The notes beneath the pieces are model-generated. The model saw only the letters and a list, made by a program, of their open reading frames with translations, searched no databases and was not told where the DNA came from. From Planctomycetales bacterium (GTDB lineage: Bacteria; Planctomycetota; Planctomycetia; Isosphaerales; Isosphaeraceae), in assembly GCA_027451885.1 (NCBI GenBank), contig DAIDHX010000266.1, forward strand, positions 19,452-59,451: a DNA stretch of 40,000 nucleotides, written 5' to 3'. Of this stretch, positions 9,557-18,258 are shown one piece after another; the stretch's first letter is position 1; each line of letters opens with the position of its first letter. Position numbers and translations under genes: made by a program.

Positions 9557-10510
9557 ATGGCTCTCTACCTGAACGCCCGGGCGCTGGACCTCGTCAAGGA
9601 GCTCGAGTCACGCACGAATGAGCTCAAGATCGCGATCCGCGACATCGACGGCGGCGGGCGATTTGTGGATTGCGGACTCGACGTGCGGGGCGGCCTGGCG
9701 GCGGGACTCGCGCTGGCCCGCGTCTGCCTGGCAGGGCTTGCGGAGATCGCCCTCGTACCGGGCTCAATCGGCGGCAACGGGCTGCCACACGTCGCCGTGA
9801 GCACCGATCATCCCATTCTCGCCTGCCTCGCCAGCCAGTACGCAGGCTGGGCGCTAAAGGACGGCAAGTTCTTTGCCATGGGGTCCGGGCCGATGCGGGC
9901 CGCCGCGGGGACCGAGCCCATTTTCGAAACAATCGGCCACCGCGAACAAGCATCGCGGGTGGTTGGCGTGCTGGAGACTCGCAAGCCCCCCACACCCGAG
10001 ATTGTGGCCAAAATCGCCGCCGCCTGCGGCGCTGAGCCCGCGAACGTTACGCTCCTCGCCGCGCCGACCGCCAGCCTGGCCGGCGGGCTCCAGATCGCCG
10101 CACGTTCAGTCGAGACCGCGATCCACAAACTCGCCGAGCTCAAGTTCGATCTAGGACGGATCGTCGCCGGGTACGGCGTCGCACCCTTGCCCCCGGTCGC
10201 GCACGACGACCTGGCCGCAATCGGGCGTACCAACGACGCCATCCTCTACGGCGCCCAGGTGACGCTCTACGTCACCGGCGATGAGGACAGCCTCGCCGCA
10301 ATCGCCCCACGCGTGCCTTCAGCCGCCTCGGCGGATTTTGGCGAGCCGTTCGCCTCCATCTTCGCCCGCTATCACCACGACTTCTACAAGATCGATCCCC
10401 TCCTCTTCAGCCCCGCGCAGGTCGCTTTGCAGAATCTCGACAGCGGGCGCACCCACCTTCACGGCCAGGTCGAGCCCGAAATCCTCGCACGCTCGTTCGG
10501 CCTCCCTTGA
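9557..10510 (+). CDS. mch: Methenyltetrahydromethanopterin cyclohydrolase
   Basis: Collinear with archaeal Mch as I recall it. Shared blocks: DCG, TDHP, AGW, FAMGSGPxRA, LLAAPTAS, GRTNDAILYG, DFGEPF, DFYKID, LFSPA, C-terminal SFGL. Start placed at ATG 9557 (MALYLN, 317 aa) with GGAG 8 nt upstream; the ORF is open from 9512. Confidence 0.93.
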   Translation: MALYLNARALDLVKELESRTNELKIAIRDIDGGGRFVDCGLDVRGGLAAGLALARVCLAGLAEIALVPGSIGGNGLPHVAVSTDHPILACLASQYAGWALKDGKFFAMGSGPMRAAAGTEPIFETIGHREQASRVVGVLETRKPPTPEIVAKIAAACGAEPANVTLLAAPTASLAGGLQIAARSVETAIHKLAELKFDLGRIVAGYGVAPLPPVAHDDLAAIGRTNDAILYGAQVTLYVTGDEDSLAAIAPRVPSAASADFGEPFASIFARYHHDFYKIDPLLFSPAQVALQNLDSGRTHLHGQVEPEILARSFGLP

Positions 10511-10530
10511 GGCTCACCCACTATATCATC

Positions 10531-11439
10531 ATGGCCACATATGTTGTTCTTACATCGGGAACTGGCTGGCACGTCGAGGATCTCAACCGCGCTGCGGGTA
10601 CGCTTGGAAAGGTGCTCATCCCCATCCCTTTTGATCAGATCACCGCGCGGCTTGGAGGCGGTCGCGGTTCCCGCGTCGGTGCCGGCGGCTTCAATTTGAC
10701 CGGGGCCGACGGAGTGCTCGTGCGGATGATGCCGCCTGGGAGCCTCGAGCAGGTCGTCTTTCGCATGGATGTACTGCACGAGCTTGCGGCGAGCGGCGTC
10801 CCCGTGCTGAACCCGCCCCGTGCGGTGGAGATCGCGGTCGACAAGTATCTGTCACTCGCGCTTCTCGATCGGGCGGGGCTTCCGGTTCCCGAAACCTGGG
10901 TCGCCCAGCGGGTGGCTGAGGCGCTCGACGCCTTCGATCGCCTGGGGGGCCAGGCGGTCGTCAAGCCGCTTTTCGGCTCGGAAGGACGGGGGCTGATTTA
11001 CCTCGACGATCGCGAGACGGCCTGGCGTGCCTTCCACGCGCTCGAGCGGCTTTCCGCCGTGCTTTACCTGCAACGTCCGGTGCGGCATCCAGGGTTTGAC
11101 ACGCGTGTGTTTGTCTTGCGGGGCGAGGTGCTAGGCGCGATGCGCAGGCGGCCCGCCGCGGGCGACTGGCGCACGAACGTGAGCCAGGGAGGGCATGCGG
11201 AATCCTGCCGGCTCGAGCCCGACCTTGCTCGTCTGGCGGTCTCAGCCGCGCGGGCGACCGCCGCGGAAATGGCCGGTGTCGACCTGATTCACGATCTCGA
11301 CCGCGATACTCCCGTGGTGCTCGAGGTCAACGCCGTGCCCGGCTGGCGGGCGCTCGCGCGCGTGACTGGAATCGACATCGCGGCCGCGATCCTGCAGGCG
11401 ATCGAATCAAGCCCCCACGCGCCCGGAGGAACGCGATGA
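10531..11439 (+). CDS. RimK-type ATP-grasp ligase (H4MPT-cluster Orf5/MptN-like)
   Basis: The layout is ATP-grasp (VLNPPRAVEIAVDKYLSLALL, VVKPLFGSEGRGL, GVDLI, LEVNAVPGW). It lies immediately downstream of mch. The start is either ATG 10531 or the TTG at 10507, which overlaps the mch stop. Confidence 0.8.
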   Translation: MATYVVLTSGTGWHVEDLNRAAGTLGKVLIPIPFDQITARLGGGRGSRVGAGGFNLTGADGVLVRMMPPGSLEQVVFRMDVLHELAASGVPVLNPPRAVEIAVDKYLSLALLDRAGLPVPETWVAQRVAEALDAFDRLGGQAVVKPLFGSEGRGLIYLDDRETAWRAFHALERLSAVLYLQRPVRHPGFDTRVFVLRGEVLGAMRRRPAAGDWRTNVSQGGHAESCRLEPDLARLAVSAARATAAEMAGVDLIHDLDRDTPVVLEVNAVPGWRALARVTGIDIAAAILQAIESSPHAPGGTR

Positions 11440-12368
11440 CTGTGCCCGCCATTCTTTTCGAGCCCCATGCGCTGCTTTCACCGGGCCGGCTCGCGCAGCT
11501 CGCATGCCTGATCGAGGCCACCGCGCGCAAGCCGGGCAACGTGCACCGCGAGCGCGACTTTCAGGATCTTACCTACTCAGAGCTGATCCTGGCCGCGAAG
11601 GCGATCGCGGTACCGCTGGATCGCGCTTCCGCGCATAGTCTGGGCCAGTCCGTGCTGGCCGCGATTCAGGCAACCAGGCAGGTTGTGCGTGGAAACCCCA
11701 ATCTAGGCATGGTGCTTTTGCTCGTGCCACTGGCCGCCGTGCCGCCCGCGGCTCCCCTGCGCCAGGGCATTCGCCCAATCCTGCGCGCGACCACGCTCAC
11801 CGACGCGGCACATGTCTATGAGGCGATTCGCCTGGCCCAGCCTGGCGGCCTGGGGCAGGTTCGCGACCAGGACGTCGCCGCCTCGCCAACGGCCACGCTT
11901 ACCGAGGTCATGGCGCTCGCAAGCGCGCGCGACCTGGTGGCGCGGCAGTATGCGACAGACTTTCTCGATCTGTTCGAGCTGGCGTTGCCCACGCTCGAGG
12001 CCGCGCTCGCGGAAGGGCGATCGCTTGAAACCGCGGTGATCGCTTGCCATCTCGCCATCCTGGCCGAACGGCCTGACACGCTCATCGCGCGGCGGTTCGG
12101 CCCTGAGCTGGCGATCCACGTCACGCAAGCCGCGCGCGACCTGCTCGCGGCCGGTTGGCCGGACCAGCCTGGCTCACACGAACGGCTGCTCGCCTTCGAT
12201 CGCTGGTTGTTCGATCCCGCCGGCGCTGCCGCACAGGGATCGGGACCAAACAGGCGAGTCAATCCCGGCGCAACGGCCGACCTTGTCGCGGCAGCCTTGT
12301 TCGCAGCGCTTCGAGATGGCAAGATCAAGCTGCCGCTCGATCGGCACGATTTCGAACAGCCCCGCTGA
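11436..12368 (+). CDS. Triphosphoribosyl-dephospho-CoA synthase (CitG/MdcB)-like protein (H4MPT-cluster Orf7-like)
   Basis: N-terminal EATARKPGNVHRERDF resembles the CitG-family KPG(L/N)V motif. The ATG overlaps the upstream stop (ATGA at 11436-11439), with GGAGGA 5 nt upstream. The genomic context is the C1-cofactor cluster. Confidence 0.7.
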   Translation: MTVPAILFEPHALLSPGRLAQLACLIEATARKPGNVHRERDFQDLTYSELILAAKAIAVPLDRASAHSLGQSVLAAIQATRQVVRGNPNLGMVLLLVPLAAVPPAAPLRQGIRPILRATTLTDAAHVYEAIRLAQPGGLGQVRDQDVAASPTATLTEVMALASARDLVARQYATDFLDLFELALPTLEAALAEGRSLETAVIACHLAILAERPDTLIARRFGPELAIHVTQAARDLLAAGWPDQPGSHERLLAFDRWLFDPAGAAAQGSGPNRRVNPGATADLVAAALFAALRDGKIKLPLDRHDFEQPR

Positions 12369-12406
12369 TTCAGGCGGCTGCTCGCCCCAGCTTGGACCTA
12401 CTCTCC

Positions 12407-12901
12407 ATGGCGCCGTCGCGTTATCAAGTTCGTGTCACCAAGGATTACCTTGTCTTTTGCGCAGGGCATTTCATCACCTATGATGGCGACCATTGCGAGC
12501 GCGTTCACGGCCACAATTACCGGGTGGCTGTTGAGGTCGAGGACGCGCTGGATCAGAACGCGTACGTGGTCGACTTTATCGCGCTCAAGGACATGACTTT
12601 GGCGCTCGTGAACGAGCTTGATCACCGCATGCTGCTGCCGACCACGAATCCGCGCATCACGCTCGAGGACGACGGCCCCAACGTGAAGGCAAGCTACAAG
12701 GGGCGTTACTGGAGCTTCCCGCGCGACGAATGCGTGCTTTTGCCAATTGCCAACACCACGGCCGAGCTGCTCGCGGAGTATCTCGGGACACGGCTGTGTC
12801 CCTCGCTCGAACGGATCATGGGCCGCATGCCTCAGGTGCTGCGGGTCGAGGTCGAGGAATGCTTCGGCCAGTCGGCCCGGGTGGAGTGGCAGCGTGGCTA
12901 G
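12407..12901 (+). CDS. 6-pyruvoyl-tetrahydropterin synthase / QueD-like protein
   Basis: The internal ATG 12407 gives a 164-aa product. It carries the PTPS-family catalytic pattern FCAGHF...CERVHGHNY...VDF and a downstream ELDHRML block. Confidence 0.85.
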   Translation: MAPSRYQVRVTKDYLVFCAGHFITYDGDHCERVHGHNYRVAVEVEDALDQNAYVVDFIALKDMTLALVNELDHRMLLPTTNPRITLEDDGPNVKASYKGRYWSFPRDECVLLPIANTTAELLAEYLGTRLCPSLERIMGRMPQVLRVEVEECFGQSARVEWQRG

Positions 12902-13675
12902 TCAGCTTGGACCGCCGCGCCCGGCGTCGCCCTTTAGCGCGTCGATTTCGTGGCGGCTGATGCGGCCGTCATGAAATGCGCTTGCAACGAGCACTCTCGA
13001 TGCGCCGGCGGATCGCGCGGCCAGAACATCCCGCACTGACGCGATCCCACCACCCACCGCGATCGACAGCTCCGGCTGCTCGAGCTTGAGCGTGCTCACC
13101 AGGGCGAGCGTGCCAGGTCCACGCCCGAGCCCCACGTGAGCCAGGTCGAGCACAAGAATCCGCGAGACCCCAAGGTCGGACGCAATGCGGGCAATTTCCA
13201 GAGGCGCTGCACCCGGCCAGCAGGACCGCGGAGACAGCCGAGGATTCCCTCCGACCAGATCGAGACTCAGGACGACACGATCGCATCCCGCGGCGCCAAC
13301 GAGCGCGGCGAGCGCCCGCGGCCCCGACAGCGATTCAAGCCCGGCAACAATGCTGCAATCGAGCTCGAGGAGCGGTTGAGCATCGCGAGATTCAACGAGC
13401 CCCGCGTCGATCCACAAATGCCCTGCCAAAGCGCGCACTCTCCTGTAGAGCTCGCGGTTCTGGCCGCGGCCTTCAATCGCATCCAGATCCGCGAGGTAAA
13501 TCGACTCCAGGCCAAGCTGGGCGCGATAGGCACGCGCGACCAGGATCGGATCTGGCTCGGGGTGCAAAATGCTGGCGAGCGGTCGATAATGTTGCCGCTC
13601 GCCTGCCACGGCGTGGACGGCCACTCCGCGCAGGATGTCGAGCACACCGAGCAGCTCGAACGTCGGGGAGGTCAT
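12902..13675 (-). CDS. HisA/HisF-family (beta/alpha)8 barrel protein (H4MPT-cluster Orf9-like)
   Basis: LLGVLDILRGVAVHAVAGERQHYRPL, IYLADLDAIEG and AVGGGIASVRDVLA resemble the phosphate-binding patterns of HisA/HisF-like barrels. It is the only minus-strand gene inside the cluster. Confidence 0.72.
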   Translation of the reverse strand: MTSPTFELLGVLDILRGVAVHAVAGERQHYRPLASILHPEPDPILVARAYRAQLGLESIYLADLDAIEGRGQNRELYRRVRALAGHLWIDAGLVESRDAQPLLELDCSIVAGLESLSGPRALAALVGAAGCDRVVLSLDLVGGNPRLSPRSCWPGAAPLEIARIASDLGVSRILVLDLAHVGLGRGPGTLALVSTLKLEQPELSIAVGGGIASVRDVLAARSAGASRVLVASAFHDGRISRHEIDALKGDAGRGGPS

Positions 13676-13680
13676 CGGTC

Positions 13681-14748
13681 TTGGGACGCCGGTTCTCGAT
13701 CCTGGTTTACGAATGGGTCACAGGGGGCGGCATGCGCGGGCTCGACAGACCCGTCTCGTGGGTCGAGGAAGGCCGCGCCATGCGCGAGGCGCTTGCCGCC
13801 GATTTTGCCAGCGCGCGGGTGTGCGGCGTATCCCCGCGCGTTGTCACGACTCTCGACGAGCGCGAGACCGGCAAGGCCCGCCAGGCGAGCGGAATCGAGT
13901 CGCTCGTGACAGGCTCTGATCACCTCGCCACGCTCTGCCGCGATTTTGATTGTATCGTGGCCGTCGCCCCCGAGACGAACGGAACGCTCGAGTCTGTCGC
14001 TCGTATCGCCATGAAGTTCGGCGGCAGGTGGCTGGGATCGAGTCCGGAGGCGATCGCGCTCGCCACCGACAAGTTGCGTCTGGCGCGGCACTGGCAGGAG
14101 CGTGGAATCCTCACGCCGCCGACCGAGCTCGTATCCACTTCCGGCACGCGTGCGGACGACTTCACATACCCCGTCGTGCTCAAACCCATCGATGGCGCGG
14201 GAGCGCTCGACACGTATCTGATTGAGCGGCCCTCGAGCCATGGCGCACAGATCGCCCCCAGCGCGCGGATGATTGTGCAACCGTGGATCGCGGGCACGCC
14301 CATGAGCGCAAGTGTGCTGATCGACGCCGGCGGCCGCGCGCATCTGCTTGCGCTCGGGCGCCAGCGCATGGCTGTGGAGAACAGCGCGATGGCATATCGT
14401 GGCGGCGTCTTGCCCGTCGTCTTTCCAGAAGCCGAGGCCCCCATTCGCGAGGCGGTCGAATGCGTGCCCGGTTTGCACGGATTTGTCGGCGTTGATTTCA
14501 TTCGCGATGAACGCAACGACCGCGTGTGGCTGCTCGAGATCAACCCGCGGCCCACCACGTCGTACGCAGGGCTGGTTCGCGTGCTGCCGCCAGGATTGCT
14601 CGCGACCGCGTGGCTCGCGGCCGCGGGAATCGAGGGCTCTGATCTTGCAGCCCTCGACAAAGTCCAGCGCAGTGCCGCCCTGAGCGCGCCGATCGCGTTC
14701 GATTGCTCGGGTCTTGCCGCTCCCTCGTTGAGAATTCAACACCCATGA
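13681..14748 (+). CDS. ATP-grasp ligase (MfnD / Orf17-like)
   Basis: Features: N-terminal ILVYEWVTGGG, an ATP-grasp core (DKLRLARHWQERGI, YPVVLKPIDGAGA) and C-terminal GFVGVDFI...LEINPRPTTS. The only possible start that keeps the conserved N-terminus is TTG 13681. Confidence 0.7.
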   Translation: MGRRFSILVYEWVTGGGMRGLDRPVSWVEEGRAMREALAADFASARVCGVSPRVVTTLDERETGKARQASGIESLVTGSDHLATLCRDFDCIVAVAPETNGTLESVARIAMKFGGRWLGSSPEAIALATDKLRLARHWQERGILTPPTELVSTSGTRADDFTYPVVLKPIDGAGALDTYLIERPSSHGAQIAPSARMIVQPWIAGTPMSASVLIDAGGRAHLLALGRQRMAVENSAMAYRGGVLPVVFPEAEAPIREAVECVPGLHGFVGVDFIRDERNDRVWLLEINPRPTTSYAGLVRVLPPGLLATAWLAAAGIEGSDLAALDKVQRSAALSAPIAFDCSGLAAPSLRIQHP

Positions 14749-15779
14749 AACAACCCGCATCCGAGCACGCCTGGCTTGGCATCGACGTGGGAGGTGCAAA
14801 CCTCAAGCTCGCGCACACCAGCGGCTGCGCGTGGAATATTCCGTTTGAGGTCTGGAAATACCCCGATCAACTGGCAACCGCGATCGCAACCGCCCTGCGC
14901 GACATCCCCGCTTTTGACGCGCTCGCGGTCACGATGACGGCCGAGCTTTGCGATTGCTACAGCACCAAGTCTCAAGGCGTGCGTGCCATTCTGAACGCGA
15001 TCGAAAGCGTGGCGCAGGGGCGTTCGATCGCCGTGTGGGGAGTCGATCGCCGCTTCCATTCCCTGGTTGACGCCCGCGCCCGCCCACACCTGATCGCCGC
15101 GGCGAACTGGCTTGCGCTCGCGGTCGCGGCAGGCCGGCTTGCGCCGCCTGGACCTGCGCTTTTGATCGACATCGGATCCACAACGACCGACCTGATTCCG
15201 CTCAGCCATGGCAACCCCGTCCCCCGGGGGTCGAGCGATCTCGAACGGCTCCAGGACGGCGAGCTGGTTTACGCGGGTGTACGCCGGACTCCCGTGTGCG
15301 CGCTCGCCGGCGATCTGCCCTATCGCGGTCGGGACGCGGGCACGGCGGCAGAGCTGTTCGCCACGACGCTCGATGTGTTTCTTACGCTCGGCGATCTTGC
15401 GGAAGACACGCGCGACCGCGGCACCGCCGACGGCAGACCCGCAACCCGCGCAGCCGCACGCGATCGTCTGGCACGCATGATCTGCGCGGATCGCGACACG
15501 TTCACCGAGGATGATGCACAGGTTCTCGCGCAATCTTGTGAGCACCTCTTGCTCGATCGGCTCATTCGTGCGGCCAAACGCGCGTGTGCGGAAACAGTCG
15601 GCCGGCCTCAAGCGGCCATTGTTGCCGGATCAGGCGAATTCCTGGCGCAGAGGGTTGCCCGGCGGTTGCTCCCTGACGGTGGGCGGATCGTGAGCCTGCG
15701 TGAGGCATGGGGCGCGGAGGCCACGGTCGCTGCTTGCGCATGGGCGCTCGTGGAGCTGGCGCGGGGATGGCAGCCATGA
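14745..15779 (+). CDS. Hydantoinase/oxoprolinase-like H4MPT-linked C1-transfer pathway protein (Orf20 / MfnF-like)
   Basis: ATG 14745 overlaps the upstream stop (ATGA). The N-terminal WLGIDVGGANLKLA and the later LIDIGSTTTDLIP are ASKHA/hydantoinase-type phosphate motifs. Confidence 0.75.
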   Translation: MKQPASEHAWLGIDVGGANLKLAHTSGCAWNIPFEVWKYPDQLATAIATALRDIPAFDALAVTMTAELCDCYSTKSQGVRAILNAIESVAQGRSIAVWGVDRRFHSLVDARARPHLIAAANWLALAVAAGRLAPPGPALLIDIGSTTTDLIPLSHGNPVPRGSSDLERLQDGELVYAGVRRTPVCALAGDLPYRGRDAGTAAELFATTLDVFLTLGDLAEDTRDRGTADGRPATRAAARDRLARMICADRDTFTEDDAQVLAQSCEHLLLDRLIRAAKRACAETVGRPQAAIVAGSGEFLAQRVARRLLPDGGRIVSLREAWGAEATVAACAWALVELARGWQP

Positions 15780-16426
15780 GCCCTGCGCCCTTCACCATCG
15801 TCAAGGTTGGGGGCAGCTTGCTCGACTTCGAGCACCTGCCCGCGCGGCTGGCGGAGCTGATTGACTCACTCAGTGGTCCGGTTGCGCTGCTCGCCGGCGG
15901 CGGGCCGGCCGTCGAGATCGTGCGCACGCTCGACCGCTTGCACGGACTGGGTGACGCCGCTGCGCACTGGCTGGCCATCGCGGGGCTCGACTACACCGCG
16001 TCCTTGCTCGCGGCCATTGTGCCAGGCGCAGTGGTCGCAGGCGGACTTGTGGACCTGGGTGATCTCCTGAAATCGCATCGCGCGGTTGTGATTCGCCCGC
16101 TGCGCTTGCTCCAGGATCACGACCTGCCTGAACCCAATGCGCTCCCCGCACGCTGGGAGGTTACCTCGGATTCCATCGCAGCGCGGATCACCATCATCGC
16201 GCGGGCGGAACGTCTCATACTGGCCAAGAGCGTCTCGATTGCGCCCGGTTCAACACGCCTGGACGCCGCCCGGCTGGGACTGGTCGACGCTTGCTTTCCC
16301 CAGGTTGCCGCCACGCTCGAGCGTGTCGAGCTGGCGAACTTGCGCGCGCCTCGGCTCGAACGCGTTGAGCTCGTGCGCGACCAGGAGCCGCATCTTGCTC
16401 CAGCCGCGATTCGTGGTTCAATGTGA
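15776..16426 (+). CDS. Amino-acid-kinase-family protein (Orf21 / MfnE-like)
   Basis: ATG 15776 overlaps the upstream stop (ATGA). The N-terminal FTIVKVGGSLL and LLAGGGP are typical of the aspartate/glutamate/uridylate kinase fold. Confidence 0.7.
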   Translation: MSPAPFTIVKVGGSLLDFEHLPARLAELIDSLSGPVALLAGGGPAVEIVRTLDRLHGLGDAAAHWLAIAGLDYTASLLAAIVPGAVVAGGLVDLGDLLKSHRAVVIRPLRLLQDHDLPEPNALPARWEVTSDSIAARITIIARAERLILAKSVSIAPGSTRLDAARLGLVDACFPQVAATLERVELANLRAPRLERVELVRDQEPHLAPAAIRGSM

Positions 16427-16472
16427 CTTTCCTGGGGAACATTCGCCCGGGCCAATTGCCCTTGAGGTCGCC

Positions 16473-16781
16473 ATGCCGCAGCCGCTTCTCATCGCCGTGG
16501 GCCGAGCCGAACTCGCACCGTTGCCGATCTCGCCGCGTCTCCGCGGTCAGCTTGTCTACTTCATGGCAAATCCCTCCCTTCCTGGCATCCCGCCGCTCGG
16601 CGAGAACGAGTACTTTTTCGCCAGGGCCGACGTCGAGCGCTGGCTTGCCGACGGCGTGTTCGAACTGGTGTCGCCGCTCGACACCGCGAACATGACAGAG
16701 GTCGAGATCAGCGAGGAACAGGAAACGCTCTTCGAGTGGTTGCGCGCTCACAACGTCGAGCACGTGCGGCTGCGGGTGTGA
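16473..16781 (+). CDS. Small conserved-looking hypothetical protein (102 aa), last gene of the C1-cofactor operon
   Basis: ATG 16473 lies 46 nt after the kinase-like gene, in the frame of ORF 16137..16781. The product is acidic and soluble (MPQPLLIAVGRAELAPLPISPRLRGQLVYF...EISEEQETLFEWLRAHNVEHVRLRV). I recognise no family. Confidence 0.5.
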   Translation: MPQPLLIAVGRAELAPLPISPRLRGQLVYFMANPSLPGIPPLGENEYFFARADVERWLADGVFELVSPLDTANMTEVEISEEQETLFEWLRAHNVEHVRLRV

Positions 16782-16796
16782 GCGGTGGGCCTGGGA

Positions 16797-18239
16797 TCAT
16801 GCCAGGATCGGCGTGATCAGCTCGCCGTGGACGTCGGTCAAGCGCATGTCGCGCCCGCCGAAGCGGTGTACGAGCCGCTTGTGATCGACCCCCAGCAGGT
16901 GCAGCATCGTGGCGTGCAGGTCATGGATTTCGACCTTGTTCTCGATGGCGTGATAGCCGTAGTCATCGGTCGCGCCGTGGATCACGCCCCCCTTGATCCC
17001 GCCGCCGGCAAGCCAGACCGTGAAGCCGTAGGGATTGTGATCGCGCCCGTCCGTTCCCTGCGCCATGGGAGTGCGCCCAAACTCGCCAGCCCAGAGCACA
17101 AGCGTGGAATCGAGCAGCCCGCGCGCCTTGAGATCCGTCAGCAGGCCGGCGATGGGCTGGTCAACGGCATGGGCGTTGCGCTCGTGGCCGACCTTGAGGC
17201 CGCCGTGCTGGTCCCAGCGGTCCGCACCCACGGCCGGGCAAAGCAGCTCAACGAAGCGCACTCCACGCTCGATGAGCCTGCGCGCCAGCAAACATTCCCG
17301 GGCGAAGATTTGCGTGGGCGGGAATGGATCGTCGAAGCCGTAAAGCGCGCGCGTTGAGCGAGATTCCTCGCGGATGTCCATGAGGTCTGGCACGGCGGTC
17401 TGCATGCGAAAGGCGAGCTCGGCGTTGGCGATCGCGGCCTCGACGGCGTCATGCGCGCCCACGCGGCCGAGGACTCCCTGGTCGAGCGCGCGCACAAGGT
17501 CGAGCTTGGTGCGCTGATCGGCCAGGGAGGGCTCACTGGGAGAAATATTGGCCACGGGTGCGCCCGTGGGCCGAAAGACCGAGCCCTGATAGGTCGCTGG
17601 CAAGAAACCGCTGCCGAAGCAATCGATACCACCGGGCGGGATCAGGCCGCCGTTCAGGACGACGAATCCTGGCAGGTCGCGCGACTCGCTCCCCAGGCCG
17701 TAAGTCACCCACGCGCCAGCGCTCGGGCGGCCCTGGAGTCCGCTGCCCGTGTGCAGGAAATAGTTCGCGGCCGTGTGCTCCGAGAAGTTGGAGACCATCG
17801 AGCGGATGATGGCCAGGTCGTCGACCATGCCGCCGACCCTGGGAAACAGGTCGGAGACGGGGATGCCGCTCGCGCCCCGGTTGCGGAACTTCCAGGGCGA
17901 GCCCAGCACATTGCCCACGTTGTTGAACTGGGTGGGGTGGGTCTTCACGGAGATCGGCTTGCCGTGCTCGCGCGTGAGCCTGGGCTTGGGATCGAACGTG
18001 TCCATCTGCGACGGGCCGCCGTCCATGAACAGAAAGATCACGTTGCGGGCGCGGGGCGGATGGTGGGGCAAGCCGGCTCGGCCGCTTGCGCCCGCGGGGC
18101 TGGGCGCTTCGCCGAGCATCTCGCCATGAGCCCTGTCGCTGAGAAGCGCGGCGAGCGCGAAGGCGCCAAAGCCATTGGCCGCGCGCAGCAAGAAATCCCT
18201 GCGCGTGGACCCGGGATCGAGATATCGGCGGCAGTGCAT
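16797..18239 (-). CDS. DUF1501 (sulfatase-like) protein with Tat signal
   Basis: Twin-arginine signal STRRDFLLRAANGFGAFALAAL. Canonical DUF1501 blocks NVIFLFMDGGPSQMDTFDPKP and DRWDQH, plus the C-terminal LHATMLHLLGVDH...RLTDVHG. Confidence 0.92.
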   Translation of the reverse strand: MHCRRYLDPGSTRRDFLLRAANGFGAFALAALLSDRAHGEMLGEAPSPAGASGRAGLPHHPPRARNVIFLFMDGGPSQMDTFDPKPRLTREHGKPISVKTHPTQFNNVGNVLGSPWKFRNRGASGIPVSDLFPRVGGMVDDLAIIRSMVSNFSEHTAANYFLHTGSGLQGRPSAGAWVTYGLGSESRDLPGFVVLNGGLIPPGGIDCFGSGFLPATYQGSVFRPTGAPVANISPSEPSLADQRTKLDLVRALDQGVLGRVGAHDAVEAAIANAELAFRMQTAVPDLMDIREESRSTRALYGFDDPFPPTQIFARECLLARRLIERGVRFVELLCPAVGADRWDQHGGLKVGHERNAHAVDQPIAGLLTDLKARGLLDSTLVLWAGEFGRTPMAQGTDGRDHNPYGFTVWLAGGGIKGGVIHGATDDYGYHAIENKVEIHDLHATMLHLLGVDHKRLVHRFGGRDMRLTDVHGELITPILA

Positions 18240-18258
18240 GCGACTGCTCCCTGGCGGC

